In this document: piece after piece, positions 8,704 to 22,515 of the stretch
How positions within the stretch are numbered: position 1 is the stretch's first letter
Layout: each line of letters starts with the position of its first letter
NCBI RefSeq assembly: GCF_000283555.1
Contig: NC_016012.1
Span: 30,001 to 62,000 of the forward strand
DNA length: 32,000 nucleotides
DNA from: Candidatus Arthromitus sp. SFB-rat-Yit
Lineage (GTDB): Bacteria; Bacillota; Clostridia; Clostridiales; Clostridiaceae
Direction of reading: 5' to 3'
Translations under genes and position numbers: made by a program
The notes under the pieces: generated by a model
The model's input: the letters and a program-made list of their open reading frames with translations, nothing else
What the model was told of the DNA's origin: nothing
Database searches by the model: none

Positions 8704-10143
8704 CTAATAAGATTTACCAAATAAAACCATTTTGTCAGTTGGTTTATTACAGTAAATACATTTGTTATGTATTTTTGTTTGATTGAAAGGTATACATCTA
8801 GATGTTATCCCTACTTCATTTTTTATATTTGTTTCGCACTCTTGATCGTCACATAACATAACTTTGGTGAATCCAGTTTGGGATTTATAAATTTCTTTTA
8901 ATTCATCCATCGTTTTAGCCTCATATGTTTTTTGATCTCTCGATTTAAGAGCTTTGTTATATAATCCTTCATGAATTTTATTTAAATACTCTTTTACAAC
9001 CTCATTTAAATTTGATTCAAGAGATATTAAAATTTTTTCACTGTTGTCGCGTCTATATAAAGTTATTGAATTTTTATCAAGATCTCTTGCGCCAATTTCA
9101 AGTCTTATAGGTATGCCTTTCATATCGTATTGATTAAATTTCCATCCAGCAGATTTGTTTGATTCATCAATTGAACATATAAAGTTATCTTTAAGAGAAT
9201 TATATATTTCCCTCGATTTTTTCATAACATTTTCATCTTTGGTATTTATAGGAACAACTATAAGCTGTATGGGAGCGATTCTTGGAGGCATACAGAGTCC
9301 TTTATTATCACCATGAACCATAATAATAGCTCCAATTAATCTTGTGGATATTCCCCATGAAGTTTGATATACATATTGATGATTACCATTTTTATCTGTA
9401 AATTTAATGTCAAATGCTTTTGAAAATATATCTGAGAAGTTATGAGTCGTACCACTTTGAAGTGCCTTCCCATCATGCATCATACTTTCGATTGTATAAG
9501 TTTGTTTTGCTCCAGCAAATTTCTCCATATCTGTTTTTTTACCCTTAATTACTGGAATTGCCAATATATTTTTACAAAAATCTTCGTATATATCAAGAAT
9601 TTTTAGTACCTCTTCTATGGCTTCTTCTTCGGTTGCGTGAGCTGTGTGACCTTCTTGCCATAAAAATTCAGTTGTCCTTAAAAATGGTCTTGTTGACTTT
9701 TCCCACCTAACAACAGAACACCATTGATTATAAAGTTTTGGTAAATCTTTATAAGATTCAATAATATTTGAATAGTGTTCACAAAATAAAGTTTCTGATG
9801 TTGGTCTAACACACATTCTTTCATTTAACTTTTCACTACCACCATGAGTTATCCAAGCAGCTTCTGGAGCAAATCCTTCGACATGATCACTTTCTTTTTG
9901 AAGTAAAGATTCTGATATAAACATTGGTAAATAAACATTTTCATGACCTGTTTTCTTAAATTGTTTATCGAGATAACTTTGTATATTTTCCCAAATCTTA
10001 AAACCATAAGGTCGAATTATCATACAACCTCGTATACTTGAATATTCAGCCAACTCTGCTTTTCTAACTATGTCTGTATACCATTTAGCAAAATCTATAT
10101 CCATAGATGTAATTTCCTTAACTATTTTTTTCTCATTACTCAT
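8704..10143 (-). CDS. proS: Prolyl-tRNA synthetase (short / archaeal-eukaryotic-like type)
   Basis: GCMIIRPYGFKIWENIQ, VYLPMFI, RPTSETLFCEHYSNII, FLRTTEFLWQEGHTAHAT, and a C-terminal Cys motif CDDQECETN...CIYCNK. Confidence 0.95.
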   Translation of the reverse strand: MSNEKKIVKEITSMDIDFAKWYTDIVRKAELAEYSSIRGCMIIRPYGFKIWENIQSYLDKQFKKTGHENVYLPMFISESLLQKESDHVEGFAPEAAWITHGGSEKLNERMCVRPTSETLFCEHYSNIIESYKDLPKLYNQWCSVVRWEKSTRPFLRTTEFLWQEGHTAHATEEEAIEEVLKILDIYEDFCKNILAIPVIKGKKTDMEKFAGAKQTYTIESMMHDGKALQSGTTHNFSDIFSKAFDIKFTDKNGNHQYVYQTSWGISTRLIGAIIMVHGDNKGLCMPPRIAPIQLIVVPINTKDENVMKKSREIYNSLKDNFICSIDESNKSAGWKFNQYDMKGIPIRLEIGARDLDKNSITLYRRDNSEKILISLESNLNEVVKEYLNKIHEGLYNKALKSRDQKTYEAKTMDELKEIYKSQTGFTKVMLCDDQECETNIKNEVGITSRCIPFNQTKIHNKCIYCNKPTDKMVLFGKSY

Positions 10144-10251
10144 TATGTAGACACCCTATCCTTATTGAAAAAATTTTATTTATTATTATAACATTAATGT
10201 AGATTTTATGGAATATTTATAATTTGTGTAATAATTAGTGTATGAGGTATT

Positions 10252-10851
10252 ATGAGTGAAGTTGAAATAATAATGGGATTTAATGGAAGTGGAAAAACAT
10301 TATTTTTAAATTCATATTTAGAAATGAAAAATATAAAAAAAGGTGAAAAGATACTTATTTTATGTTTGGATAGAGGAAATACAAATTTTAACTATAACAC
10401 AAATATAGATATTAAGGTTAAATTTATAGATTATTATTCTCAAATTGATGATAACAAACTTTTATATTTGATAGAGATGCAAAAACCACATTTTATATTT
10501 ATTGAAGCTGATTATATATCGATAAAGCATTTAAATATGGTTCTTGAAAGTAGGATATTGAAAGATAAGATATTTATTAGATCTAGGATAAATATCTTAA
10601 ATATAAAACATATTAAAAATATCTTTAAGAATAAAATATGTAGACCTTATAGTAATATAATTATAATTAATAATTTTGATGGCGATGAATTGAAAATCAG
10701 TGATTTGTACATGTTGAGAGAATTAAATAGGAATGCTTTTGTATTTTGTGTAAAGTATTTTGAGGATTTATATGAGAAGTTTAGGGATTATAAACTTCTC
10801 AGAAATGATTTTTATGAAAATATATTTAAATATATTAGGTACTTGATGTAA
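10252..10851 (+). CDS. Small P-loop NTPase-like protein (weakly CobW-like N-terminus), function unknown
   Basis: EVEIIMGFNGSGKTLFLNSYLE is a Walker A with a CobW-type context; no clear motif assignment beyond that. Confidence 0.5.
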   Translation: MSEVEIIMGFNGSGKTLFLNSYLEMKNIKKGEKILILCLDRGNTNFNYNTNIDIKVKFIDYYSQIDDNKLLYLIEMQKPHFIFIEADYISIKHLNMVLESRILKDKIFIRSRINILNIKHIKNIFKNKICRPYSNIIIINNFDGDELKISDLYMLRELNRNAFVFCVKYFEDLYEKFRDYKLLRNDFYENIFKYIRYLM

Positions 10852-10917
10852 ATCAAATTTTATATTTGACAATAGTTATAAAATTTAATAAAATAATAGT
10901 TGAAATAGTGTATATTT

Positions 10918-10992
10918 GCTCTCATAGTTTAATGGATAGAATAGCTCCCTCCTAAGGAGTAGATGCAGGTTCGATTCCTGCTGAGAGTGCCA
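10918..10992 (+). tRNA. tRNA-Arg (anticodon CCT), CCA encoded
   Basis: Cloverleaf gctctca...ctcc-ctCCTaa-ggag...caggttcgattcctg...tgagagt-g-cca. Confidence 0.94.
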
Positions 10993-11024
10993 AAGAGTGT
11001 CATTTGATATGGCACTCTTTTATT
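10993..11024 (+). terminator. Intrinsic terminator after tRNA-Arg
   Basis: aaagagtgtca-tttgata-tggcactctttta. Confidence 0.8.
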
Positions 11025-11111
11025 TAATTGTGTTATATCATTGTTTTAAAAAATAAAGATTATAATTTTAACGAAAATTATTAAATTAAAATTATTTAGG
11101 AGTGGTTATTT

Positions 11112-12368
11112 TTGGAATCAAGTGGTTGGCTTGTAGTATTTTTAGTATTTTTGGTTTTACTATCAGCTCTTTTTTCAGCAGCTGAAACAGCTATTATATC
11201 TATTAATAAAATAAGAATTAAACAATTTGTAGAAGATGGAATAAAAGGTGCTAGAGAAATTCAAGAATGGGTAGAAGATCCGAGTAAGATTTTAAGTACA
11301 ATACTTATTTGCAATAATGTAGTTAATATATTAGCATCTTCAATTTCAACTATTATATTTATGGACGTATTAAGTGAATTTGGAATAGGATTTGCAACGT
11401 TTGTTTCTACATTAGTTTTAACGATTATATTATTGATTTTTGGAGAGATTACACCAAAAACTATAGCTGTATTAAAGGCTGAAAAGTTAGCGCTAGTATT
11501 ATGGAAACCATTAAAAATAGTACTTTTGTTGCTTAATCCAATTGTATTTATATTTTCAAAGATATCCAAAATAATAATGATTATTTTTGGTATTAAAAAA
11601 GAAGAGGGGCAAATTAATATAACAGAAGAAGATATTAAAAGTATGGTTAATTTTAGCCAAGAAGAAGGAGTACTTGAGGTAGAGGAAAAGAAACTTATAT
11701 ATAATGTGTTTGAGTTTGGGGATTTGAAAGCAAAGGATGTTATGATACCTAGAGTTGATATGGTTACACTTTCTATAGATTCAACTTATGAGGAAATTGT
11801 ATCTACATTTAAGACTGAACGTTTTTCAAGAGTTCCTGTATTTAAAGATAATATAGATAACATTATTGGGCTTATTAATATAAAAGATTTGTTTTTCATA
11901 GAGAAAGATGAGGATTTTAAAATAGATAAATATATAAGAAATATATATTCGAGCTATGAATACAAAAAGATACGAGATTTGTTTAATGAAATGAAAAAAA
12001 ATAGAAATCATATGAGTGTTATAATAGATGAGTATGGTGGAACTGTTGGAATTGTAACTATTGAGGACTTAATAGAAGAAATAGTTGGAGATATAGAAGA
12101 TGAGTACGACGAGATAATAGATAAGGAGATTCAAGTTATAAATGATAAAGAGTATTTAATAGTCGGTACTCTTAAAATAGATACACTTGAGGATATGTTA
12201 GGTATAGAGATAGAATCGGAATTCGAAACAATTGGAGGATATATAATTGAAAAATTAGGTAAATTCCCGGAGAATGGTGAATTTGTTGATATTAATGGTA
12301 TATCATTTGTTGTTGAAAATATTGGGAAAAATAGGATAAAGAGATTGAGAGTTAAGATTACTGATTAA
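11112..12368 (+). CDS. Hemolysin-family / CNNM-CorC-type transporter (DUF21 + CBS + CorC/HlyC domains)
   Basis: ALFSAAETAIISINKIRIKQFVEDG; KDVMIPRVDMVTLSID; FSRVPVFKDNIDNIIGLINIKDLF; MSVIIDEYGGTVGIVTIEDLIEEIVGDIEDEYD. Confidence 0.93.
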   Translation: MESSGWLVVFLVFLVLLSALFSAAETAIISINKIRIKQFVEDGIKGAREIQEWVEDPSKILSTILICNNVVNILASSISTIIFMDVLSEFGIGFATFVSTLVLTIILLIFGEITPKTIAVLKAEKLALVLWKPLKIVLLLLNPIVFIFSKISKIIMIIFGIKKEEGQINITEEDIKSMVNFSQEEGVLEVEEKKLIYNVFEFGDLKAKDVMIPRVDMVTLSIDSTYEEIVSTFKTERFSRVPVFKDNIDNIIGLINIKDLFFIEKDEDFKIDKYIRNIYSSYEYKKIRDLFNEMKKNRNHMSVIIDEYGGTVGIVTIEDLIEEIVGDIEDEYDEIIDKEIQVINDKEYLIVGTLKIDTLEDMLGIEIESEFETIGGYIIEKLGKFPENGEFVDINGISFVVENIGKNRIKRLRVKITD

Positions 12369-12396
12369 AGCTATAATACAAATTATAGCTTTTTTC
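12367..12396. terminator. Bidirectional terminator between convergent genes
   Basis: aaagctataat-acaa-attatagctttttt; T/A tracts both sides. Confidence 0.8.
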
Positions 12397-12820
12397 GTTT
12401 TTTGATAAAAAATCTATTTATAATAAATTCGCATCTAGAATCATTTAACCATTTAATATTTAAGTCTTTGGGGTAAAAATAATAATTTTTGGAAAAAAAT
12501 CCATTAAATGGATTTGGCGATCCTATAAATATATTCTTTATTCTACTTTCTATTATAGCACCTGCACACATGGCACAAGGCTCTAAAGAAATGAATATAG
12601 AACAATTGTTTAGGTATAATGAATTTAAATTTTTGCATGATTGTATAATTGATAGAATTTCTGCGTGATTTATCGGTATATTCGTTGAATGTTTGGTGTT
12701 GTGGGACTTACTTATTATTTTATTATCTTTTACAATTAAACATCCAATTGGTACTTCATTAAGCTTATATGCCTTATATGCTTCTTTAAGCATTTCTCTA
12801 GTAAAGTATTCTACATTCAT
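12383..12820 (-). CDS. tadA: tRNA-specific adenosine deaminase
   Basis: EVPIGCLIVKDNKII; INHAEI; SLEPCAMCAGAIIESRIKNIFIG; located upstream of the SRP RNA/dnaX cluster as commonly seen in Firmicutes. Confidence 0.92.
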   Translation of the reverse strand: MNVEYFTREMLKEAYKAYKLNEVPIGCLIVKDNKIISKSHNTKHSTNIPINHAEILSIIQSCKNLNSLYLNNCSIFISLEPCAMCAGAIIESRIKNIFIGSPNPFNGFFSKNYYFYPKDLNIKWLNDSRCEFIINRFFIKKRKKL

Positions 12821-12920
12821 GATAAACCCCTTTTATTTTAAAAATGTATAGTTATAATAATTTTAATATTATTTTATTGCAAATAAAAAATATATAATAT
12901 ATAATTTTACTTAATAGCAT

Positions 12921-13010
12921 GGAAAGATGCTCGAGTGGTTTAAGAGGCATGCCTGGAACGCATGTATAGGAGAAATTCTATCGAGGGTTCGAATCCCTCT
13001 CTTTCCGCCA
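12921..13010 (+). tRNA. tRNA-Ser (anticodon GGA), CCA encoded
   Basis: ggaaaga...gcatgc-ctGGAac-gcatgt, long variable arm, gagggttcgaatccctc, tctttcc-g-cca. Confidence 0.95.
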
Positions 13011-13013
13011 ATT

Positions 13014-13280
13014 GTTGTGCTAGATGGGGAACTAGCGGTGCCCTTTATCTGCAATCCGCTACAGCAGAGTTGAAGGCTCCCCTCGGTTATGTATTTAAAG
13101 GTTTGAGTTAAATCGGATTCGTTGAGAATTAAACTCTACGCATTAAGAGATCTATGAACTCCGCCAGGATTGGAAAATAGCAACGGTAAATAGATTTTCT
13201 TAAGTGATGTAGAACAATTTAATTTGAGTTGATGATTTATCTATCGCTTTGGGTATATTTATCAAAGGGAGATGCACAAC
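13014..13280 (+). ncRNA. ffs: Signal recognition particle RNA, large Gram-positive type (scRNA)
   Basis: Terminal helix gttgtgc/gcacaac; core ctccgccaggattggaaaatagcaacggtaa resembles the SRP S-domain; tRNA-Ser/SRP/dnaX synteny. Confidence 0.9.
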
Positions 13281-13310
13281 ATACTAAATAAAGTATATTA
13301 TATTTTTGAT

Positions 13311-13344
13311 AAAGCATCCTATTGTATTAATAGGGTGCTTTAAA
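13311..13344 (+). terminator. Intrinsic-terminator-like hairpin after SRP RNA
   Basis: aaagcatcctatt-gtatt-aatagggtgcttta; AAAGCAYCCTATT paired with AATAGGGTGCTTT. Confidence 0.7.
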
Positions 13345-13362
13345 ATAAAGGGATGATTTTAT

Positions 13363-14844
13363 ATGGATAATAAATCTCTGTACACCAAATATAGACCTAT
13401 GAAATTTGGGGATATATGTGGTCAGGAAGATATATCTAATATATTAAAAAATCAGATTAAATTACATAAATTTTCTCATGCGTATTTATTCTCAGGTACA
13501 AGAGGGACGGGTAAAACAACTTGCGCAAGAGTTTTTGCGAAAGCTATAAATTGTACAAATAGTATTAATGGTGAACCTTGTTATCAATGTAGTTCATGCA
13601 ATCGTACATATGATGCTTTAAACATAATTGAATTAGATGCAGCTTCTAATAATAGTGTAGATCAGATTAGAACGTTAGTTGAGGAATTGAGGTATTCAAA
13701 CTTCGTAGATGGGTATAAGGTTTACATATTAGATGAGGTTCACATGCTTTCAATAAGTGCATTTAATGCTCTACTTAAAAGTTTAGAGGAACCTCCGTCG
13801 AATGTTGTATTTATTTTATCTACAACTGAAGTAAAGAGGATACCTAAAACAATTATATCTAGATGTCAGAAGTTTGAATTTAAAAGTATAGATGAAGCCA
13901 ATTTAACAAATAGGTTAAAATATATAACGGAAAGTGAAAATATAGAGATTGATTTTGAATCTATCTTATTAATAGCTAGATTAGCTGATGGTTCTATGAG
14001 GGATGCTATAAGTATTTTGGGAAGACTTGTAGTGTCTGATGAGTATATTACGCTTGAATATTCTAGAAGAATTTTGGGTGTAACCTCAAGTGAGATGATA
14101 TTTGATATAATAGAAAATATAAGGTTGAATAAATTAAATGAAAGCATATCGATAATATCAAAAATATTTGAGAATAACCTTAATATTAAAAATTTTATTA
14201 ATGATTTTAGAAATATACTAAGAGATGTTATGTTTCTCAAGATAAATAAGGAGAATTTTAATATATTGATTGAGAAGAATACATTAAATATTAAAAGAAT
14301 TTTAGATGTTTCAAAAATCATAGATTTTGATTATGTTCACATGCTCTTAAATGAAATAAATAATATAAATAATATGAAGGATTTAAGTGATGTTGAATAT
14401 AGGGTTTATTTAGAATTACTTATAATAAAACTTATAAAAAATGATAAAGCCCCCAAATCACATAATGAAATTTTTAATACAATACATGAAAATCAGGAAA
14501 ACAATATTGATGATAAAATTAATAAAAATATAGAATTTGATAAATGGGATGAATTTTTAAAGTATCTTAAATTAAACAAATACATGGTTATGTATTCGCT
14601 TTTAACAAACGGAAAATTAAACAAAATAATGAATGATAAAATTGTTTTTGAGTGTAATACGGAGGGAATATTAAATAGACTAAGAAAAAATGATACATTG
14701 ATTGCAATCAAGAAAAATTTACGTGATTTTTTTAAAAGAGATATGGAATTTGAATTAATATATTCAAATAAAATTGATGATGATAACATTCATCATAAAC
14801 TTAAAGGGTATTTTGGAGATGAAATAGAAATACAAAACAAATAG
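13363..14844 (+). CDS. dnaX: DNA polymerase III subunit gamma/tau
   Basis: YTKYRPMKFGDICGQEDI...HAYLFSGTRGTGKTTCARVFAKAINC...CYQCSSC..., YILDEVHMLS, SRCQKFEF. Confidence 0.97.
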   Translation: MDNKSLYTKYRPMKFGDICGQEDISNILKNQIKLHKFSHAYLFSGTRGTGKTTCARVFAKAINCTNSINGEPCYQCSSCNRTYDALNIIELDAASNNSVDQIRTLVEELRYSNFVDGYKVYILDEVHMLSISAFNALLKSLEEPPSNVVFILSTTEVKRIPKTIISRCQKFEFKSIDEANLTNRLKYITESENIEIDFESILLIARLADGSMRDAISILGRLVVSDEYITLEYSRRILGVTSSEMIFDIIENIRLNKLNESISIISKIFENNLNIKNFINDFRNILRDVMFLKINKENFNILIEKNTLNIKRILDVSKIIDFDYVHMLLNEINNINNMKDLSDVEYRVYLELLIIKLIKNDKAPKSHNEIFNTIHENQENNIDDKINKNIEFDKWDEFLKYLKLNKYMVMYSLLTNGKLNKIMNDKIVFECNTEGILNRLRKNDTLIAIKKNLRDFFKRDMEFELIYSNKIDDDNIHHKLKGYFGDEIEIQNK

Positions 14845-14890
14845 AATTTATTGTTTATTATTTTGAAAAATTAGAAAGGAATGATTTAAA

Positions 14891-15226
14891 ATGAAGGGAT
14901 TTCCAGGTGGTTTCGGAGGGGGAAATATGAATAATTTACTCAAACAAGCCCAAAAATTACAAAAAAATATGGAAGAAACAAAGAAGCAACTAGAAGAGAT
15001 GAATTTTGAATCTACATCTGGAGGTGGAGTTGTTTCTGTAAAAATGAATGGAAAAAAAGAAATAGTTAGTATAAAATTAAAACCTGAAATAGTTGATCCG
15101 GATGATATCGAAATGCTACAAGATTTAATAATAAGCTGCATAAATGATACGTATAAAAAGGTTGAAGAAGAAACTAATAAAGAAATGTCTAAATTAACTG
15201 GTGGATTCAATATACCGGGATTTTAA
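14891..15226 (+). CDS. YbaB/EbfC family nucleoid-associated protein
   Basis: [67 protein letters not shown]; between dnaX and recR. Confidence 0.95.
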   Translation: MKGFPGGFGGGNMNNLLKQAQKLQKNMEETKKQLEEMNFESTSGGGVVSVKMNGKKEIVSIKLKPEIVDPDDIEMLQDLIISCINDTYKKVEEETNKEMSKLTGGFNIPGF

Positions 15227-15233
15227 TTAAGTT

Positions 15234-15262
15234 AGGTGAGTTTGTACACTCGCCTTATTTTT
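15234..15262 (+). terminator. Hairpin plus T-rich tract between ybaB/ebfC gene and recR
   Basis: aggtgagt-ttgtac-actcgccttatttttatttt; may attenuate recR. Confidence 0.6.
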
Positions 15263-15285
15263 ATTTTTAAATACGGAGGAAAAAG

Positions 15286-15885
15286 ATGATAGAATATCCA
15301 GAATACATACAAAAAGTCATTGGAGAGTTTTCGAAATTACCGGGGGTAGGATATAAAACAGCGGTAAGATTAACCATGTATATGTTAAATAAGGAAATGA
15401 AGGATGTTTTAGACTTTTGTGATTCTATAAAAAAATGTAAAGAGGATTTAAAATATTGTAAAAAATGTAACAATTTTTCTGAAAATGATATTTGCTCGAT
15501 CTGTGAAGATGTAGGTAGAGATAGGCGAGTTATTTGTATTGTACAAGATGTAAAAGATATTTATGCTTTTGAAAAAACGAGGAATTATAGAGGTTTGTAT
15601 TATGTGTTGCATGGTTTAATATCTCCGATTAAAGGAGTTAGCGTGGAAGACCTTAAAATAGATTTACTTGTTAAGAGAGTAGAAGAAGAGAAAATAAATG
15701 AGGTAATTTTGGCAACAAGCCCAACTCTTGAAGGAGAAGCAACTAGTATTTACATATCTAAATTATTTCCAAAAGAACAAAAGTTGACTAGATTGGCGTA
15801 TGGAGTGCCTTTGGGAAGTGATTTAGAATATGTTGATGAAATTACTTTAAGCAGAGCTTTAGATTTTAGACAAAGTATTCAATAA
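15286..15885 (+). CDS. recR: Recombination protein RecR
   Basis: FSKLPGVGYKTAVRLTMYML; zinc finger CKKCNNFSENDICSIC; Toprim region ICIVQDVKDIYAFEKTRNYRGLYYVLHG; ATSPTLEGEATSIYI. Confidence 0.97.
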   Translation: MIEYPEYIQKVIGEFSKLPGVGYKTAVRLTMYMLNKEMKDVLDFCDSIKKCKEDLKYCKKCNNFSENDICSICEDVGRDRRVICIVQDVKDIYAFEKTRNYRGLYYVLHGLISPIKGVSVEDLKIDLLVKRVEEEKINEVILATSPTLEGEATSIYISKLFPKEQKLTRLAYGVPLGSDLEYVDEITLSRALDFRQSIQ

Positions 15886-15901
15886 AAAAATAAAAAAAGT
15901 A

Positions 15902-15931
15902 TTGACATAGGGGAGGTAAGTTTGGTACTAT
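15902..15931 (+). promoter_or_regulatory. rRNA operon 1 promoter (TTGACA-18-TACTAT)
   Basis: ttgaca at 15902-15907 and tactat at 15926-15931. Confidence 0.7.
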
Positions 15932-16035
15932 GAGTTAGTTGGCTGGTAGAAGCCGAGAGATATTAGATAGATCATTGACAATTGAATAGGGAAGAGGAAA
16001 CGAGAAAGTCAACGTTAATTTTGAGAGAATGAGAG

Positions 16036-17561
<1,526 letters not shown>

Positions 17562-17738
17562 AATGAAAGAGAGAACTTTTTCCTATTCAATTGTGAGTGA
17601 CCTAATAATATAGAGGTTACTTAATAAAAGAAATAAAGATCTTTGAAAATTGTATATAAATAGTAAATAATGCGAAAGGTAGCAAGTTAAATTATTAGCA
17701 ATAGTAATTTAAGAGCTGGAAAAAATATATAACAAATA

Positions 17739-20630
<2,892 letters not shown>

Positions 20631-20688
20631 AAATACTTAGCAAGTTATTATTTATATACAATTTTGAGAGATTAAAATATTTCTCAGT

Positions 20689-20804
20689 ATCTGGTGATTA
20701 TAACGTGTAGGTAACACCCCTATCCATACCGAACAGGAAGGTTAAGCTACACTGTGCTGATGGTACTTTAGGGTTACCCCTATGGAAGAGTAAGTCATTG
20801 CCAG
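20689..20804 (+). rRNA. rrf: 5S ribosomal RNA (operon 1)
   Basis: ctggtgattataacgtgtaggtaacacccctatccataccgaacaggaaggttaagctac...attgccag. Confidence 0.92.
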
Positions 20805-20806
20805 TT

Positions 20807-20882
20807 GGTTCGTTAGCTCAGGTGGTAGAGCACATGACTTTTAATCATGGTGTCCGGGGTTCGAGTCCCCGACGAATCACCA
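20807..20882 (+). tRNA. tRNA-Lys (anticodon TTT), CCA encoded
   Basis: ggttcgt-ta-gctcaggtggtagagc-a-catga-ctTTTaa-tcatg-gtgtc-cggggttcgagtccccg-acgaatc-a-cca. Confidence 0.95.
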
Positions 20883-20920
20883 ATTTCTAAATAAAGAAGA
20901 GGTAGTAATTTGCCTCTTCT

Positions 20921-21262
20921 TTATTTGTTTCTATATAATTTTATTCTGAGTATGTTATTTTCTAAATTAATGTTAACATAATCTGTCATAGAACCTATTA
21001 GTGATAATTCGCAATCTATATCAGATTCTCCAGTTAGATTCCAATAATATTCTTCCATTTCTGAACATCTTGGTATATTTAAAAGCTCAATAATTGTTTT
21101 AAAGTTAGATTTATCTATATTTATTTCTTCGGCTTCTAAAGTTATTATTGTTGTATGTTCCTTGTTTTTGATATTAAGGTTTATGTTTTTTGCTCCATAT
21201 TTATAAGATAACAATATGAGTTCTTCAGCTATCCTACTATTTCGTTGTCCTGAGTGTTTCAT
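20921..21262 (-). CDS. Hypothetical protein, 113 aa, directly abutting the DUF1576-like gene
   Basis: Intact ORF MKHSGQRNSRIAEELILLSYKYGAKNINLNIKNKEHTTIITLEAEEI...; stop/start juxtaposition with the upstream gene at 21263. Confidence 0.6.
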   Translation of the reverse strand: MKHSGQRNSRIAEELILLSYKYGAKNINLNIKNKEHTTIITLEAEEINIDKSNFKTIIELLNIPRCSEMEEYYWNLTGESDIDCELSLIGSMTDYVNINLENNILRIKLYRNK

Positions 21263-22513
21263 TTAAATATCTCCTTTTTTAAAACCATCTATTATTGGAA
21301 TTAATATTACTGCAAGTATACCTGCTATAAATCCATTATTATATAAGTTAATTCCACCACTTAAATGTCCGATATATTTCATTAAAATTAAATGTAAGCA
21401 TCCTGCTATAAAACCTATTATAGCTCCGAATTTACCGGATATTGGAGCAAGAGCGGTTGAGCCTAGACTTGTTAGTAAAATTGTAGGTGTATTTAATTGT
21501 ATATTACTTATATAAGCCGTAAAAGACACTCCAAGAGTTAATGGGATTGTATTTAAAGGATGTTTTCCGATTGATCCAAAGCCAATTATACAGAATAATA
21601 GGGCTATTGTGGGTCCATTTAAATCTCCATTTACTATGAGTATATAAGATAGAAATATGATACCGAGTATACCCATATTTAAATAAGAGGAATTTCCGTA
21701 CATTAAGTAAAAATCTGTTATAGTCCTTCCAGAGTGTTTTAATATGTTAGGAAACTTTGAATAATAAGATTTTTTAATTCCAAGTAATAGTAAAAATATT
21801 ATTAAGCTAATTATTAAAAACAATAAAATATTTTTGTATTCGATACTCCATAGTAAGTTTGGTTTGATTTCTATTTTAAAATAATTGAGTATTGATATAA
21901 TCAATATGGTTATCAATCCATTTGCAAAACCTACGTTATATAAATTGTATCCTTGATGCATTTTTAGTGTGAACTTAGCTAGTGGAGGAATTATCATACC
22001 TACAAATATAGAAATTGATATAGATATTAATAAAGTTATATAGGAATTAAGATTTAATATTTTAAAAATTTCACTAGATATTGGAGAAACGGATGTAGAT
22101 AGAGTTGCGATAAGAATATAGTTTGAAAAACTTTCTCTTTGAATTTTAGAATAAAAATATACACCTATTATTGTAGGCCAAATATTTATAAAATTTTTAC
22201 CAACCATAGCAAATCCAAGAGTTAACCATAATGACATTATCATTGATCCTGTTTCTTTTGTTTTATTAATTTTATATAACAATAAAATTAATAGTGAGGT
22301 TATAGAAGCATTTAATAAGGTAGCACCAATACCACTTACATACATATAGTCAGTAAGAAGTATGCTACGAGTTGTAATTATATTTTTTATCCCTATAAAA
22401 AGATCTTTATATGGTGTTATGAAAATTCCTATAGATCCTATAAATAAAAAAATAATTAGATGTACAGTATATACATCTAGTTTTCTTTTATATAGATTTA
22501 AATCAAAATTCAT
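21263..22513 (-). CDS. DUF1576-like multi-pass membrane protein
   Basis: MNFDLNLYKRKLDVYTVHLIIFLFIGSIGIFITPYKDLFIGIKNIITTRSILLTDYMYVSGIGATLLNAS...; about 12 hydrophobic segments with an internally repeated organisation. Confidence 0.75.
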   Translation of the reverse strand: MNFDLNLYKRKLDVYTVHLIIFLFIGSIGIFITPYKDLFIGIKNIITTRSILLTDYMYVSGIGATLLNASITSLLILLLYKINKTKETGSMIMSLWLTLGFAMVGKNFINIWPTIIGVYFYSKIQRESFSNYILIATLSTSVSPISSEIFKILNLNSYITLLISISISIFVGMIIPPLAKFTLKMHQGYNLYNVGFANGLITILIISILNYFKIEIKPNLLWSIEYKNILLFLIISLIIFLLLLGIKKSYYSKFPNILKHSGRTITDFYLMYGNSSYLNMGILGIIFLSYILIVNGDLNGPTIALLFCIIGFGSIGKHPLNTIPLTLGVSFTAYISNIQLNTPTILLTSLGSTALAPISGKFGAIIGFIAGCLHLILMKYIGHLSGGINLYNNGFIAGILAVILIPIIDGFKKGDI

Positions 22514-22515
22514 AT

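Noticed and set aside
13014-13280. Possible new structured RNA upstream of dnaX
   Set aside because: Sequence, length, terminal pairing and synteny match the known large-form Gram-positive SRP RNA.
11261-15473. ORFs 11261-11569, 11826-12011, 13866-14321, 14493-14789, 14848-15210 and 15267-15473 (opposite strand)
   Set aside because: Antisense shadows of the CNNM/CorC-type gene, dnaX, ybaB/ebfC gene and recR.
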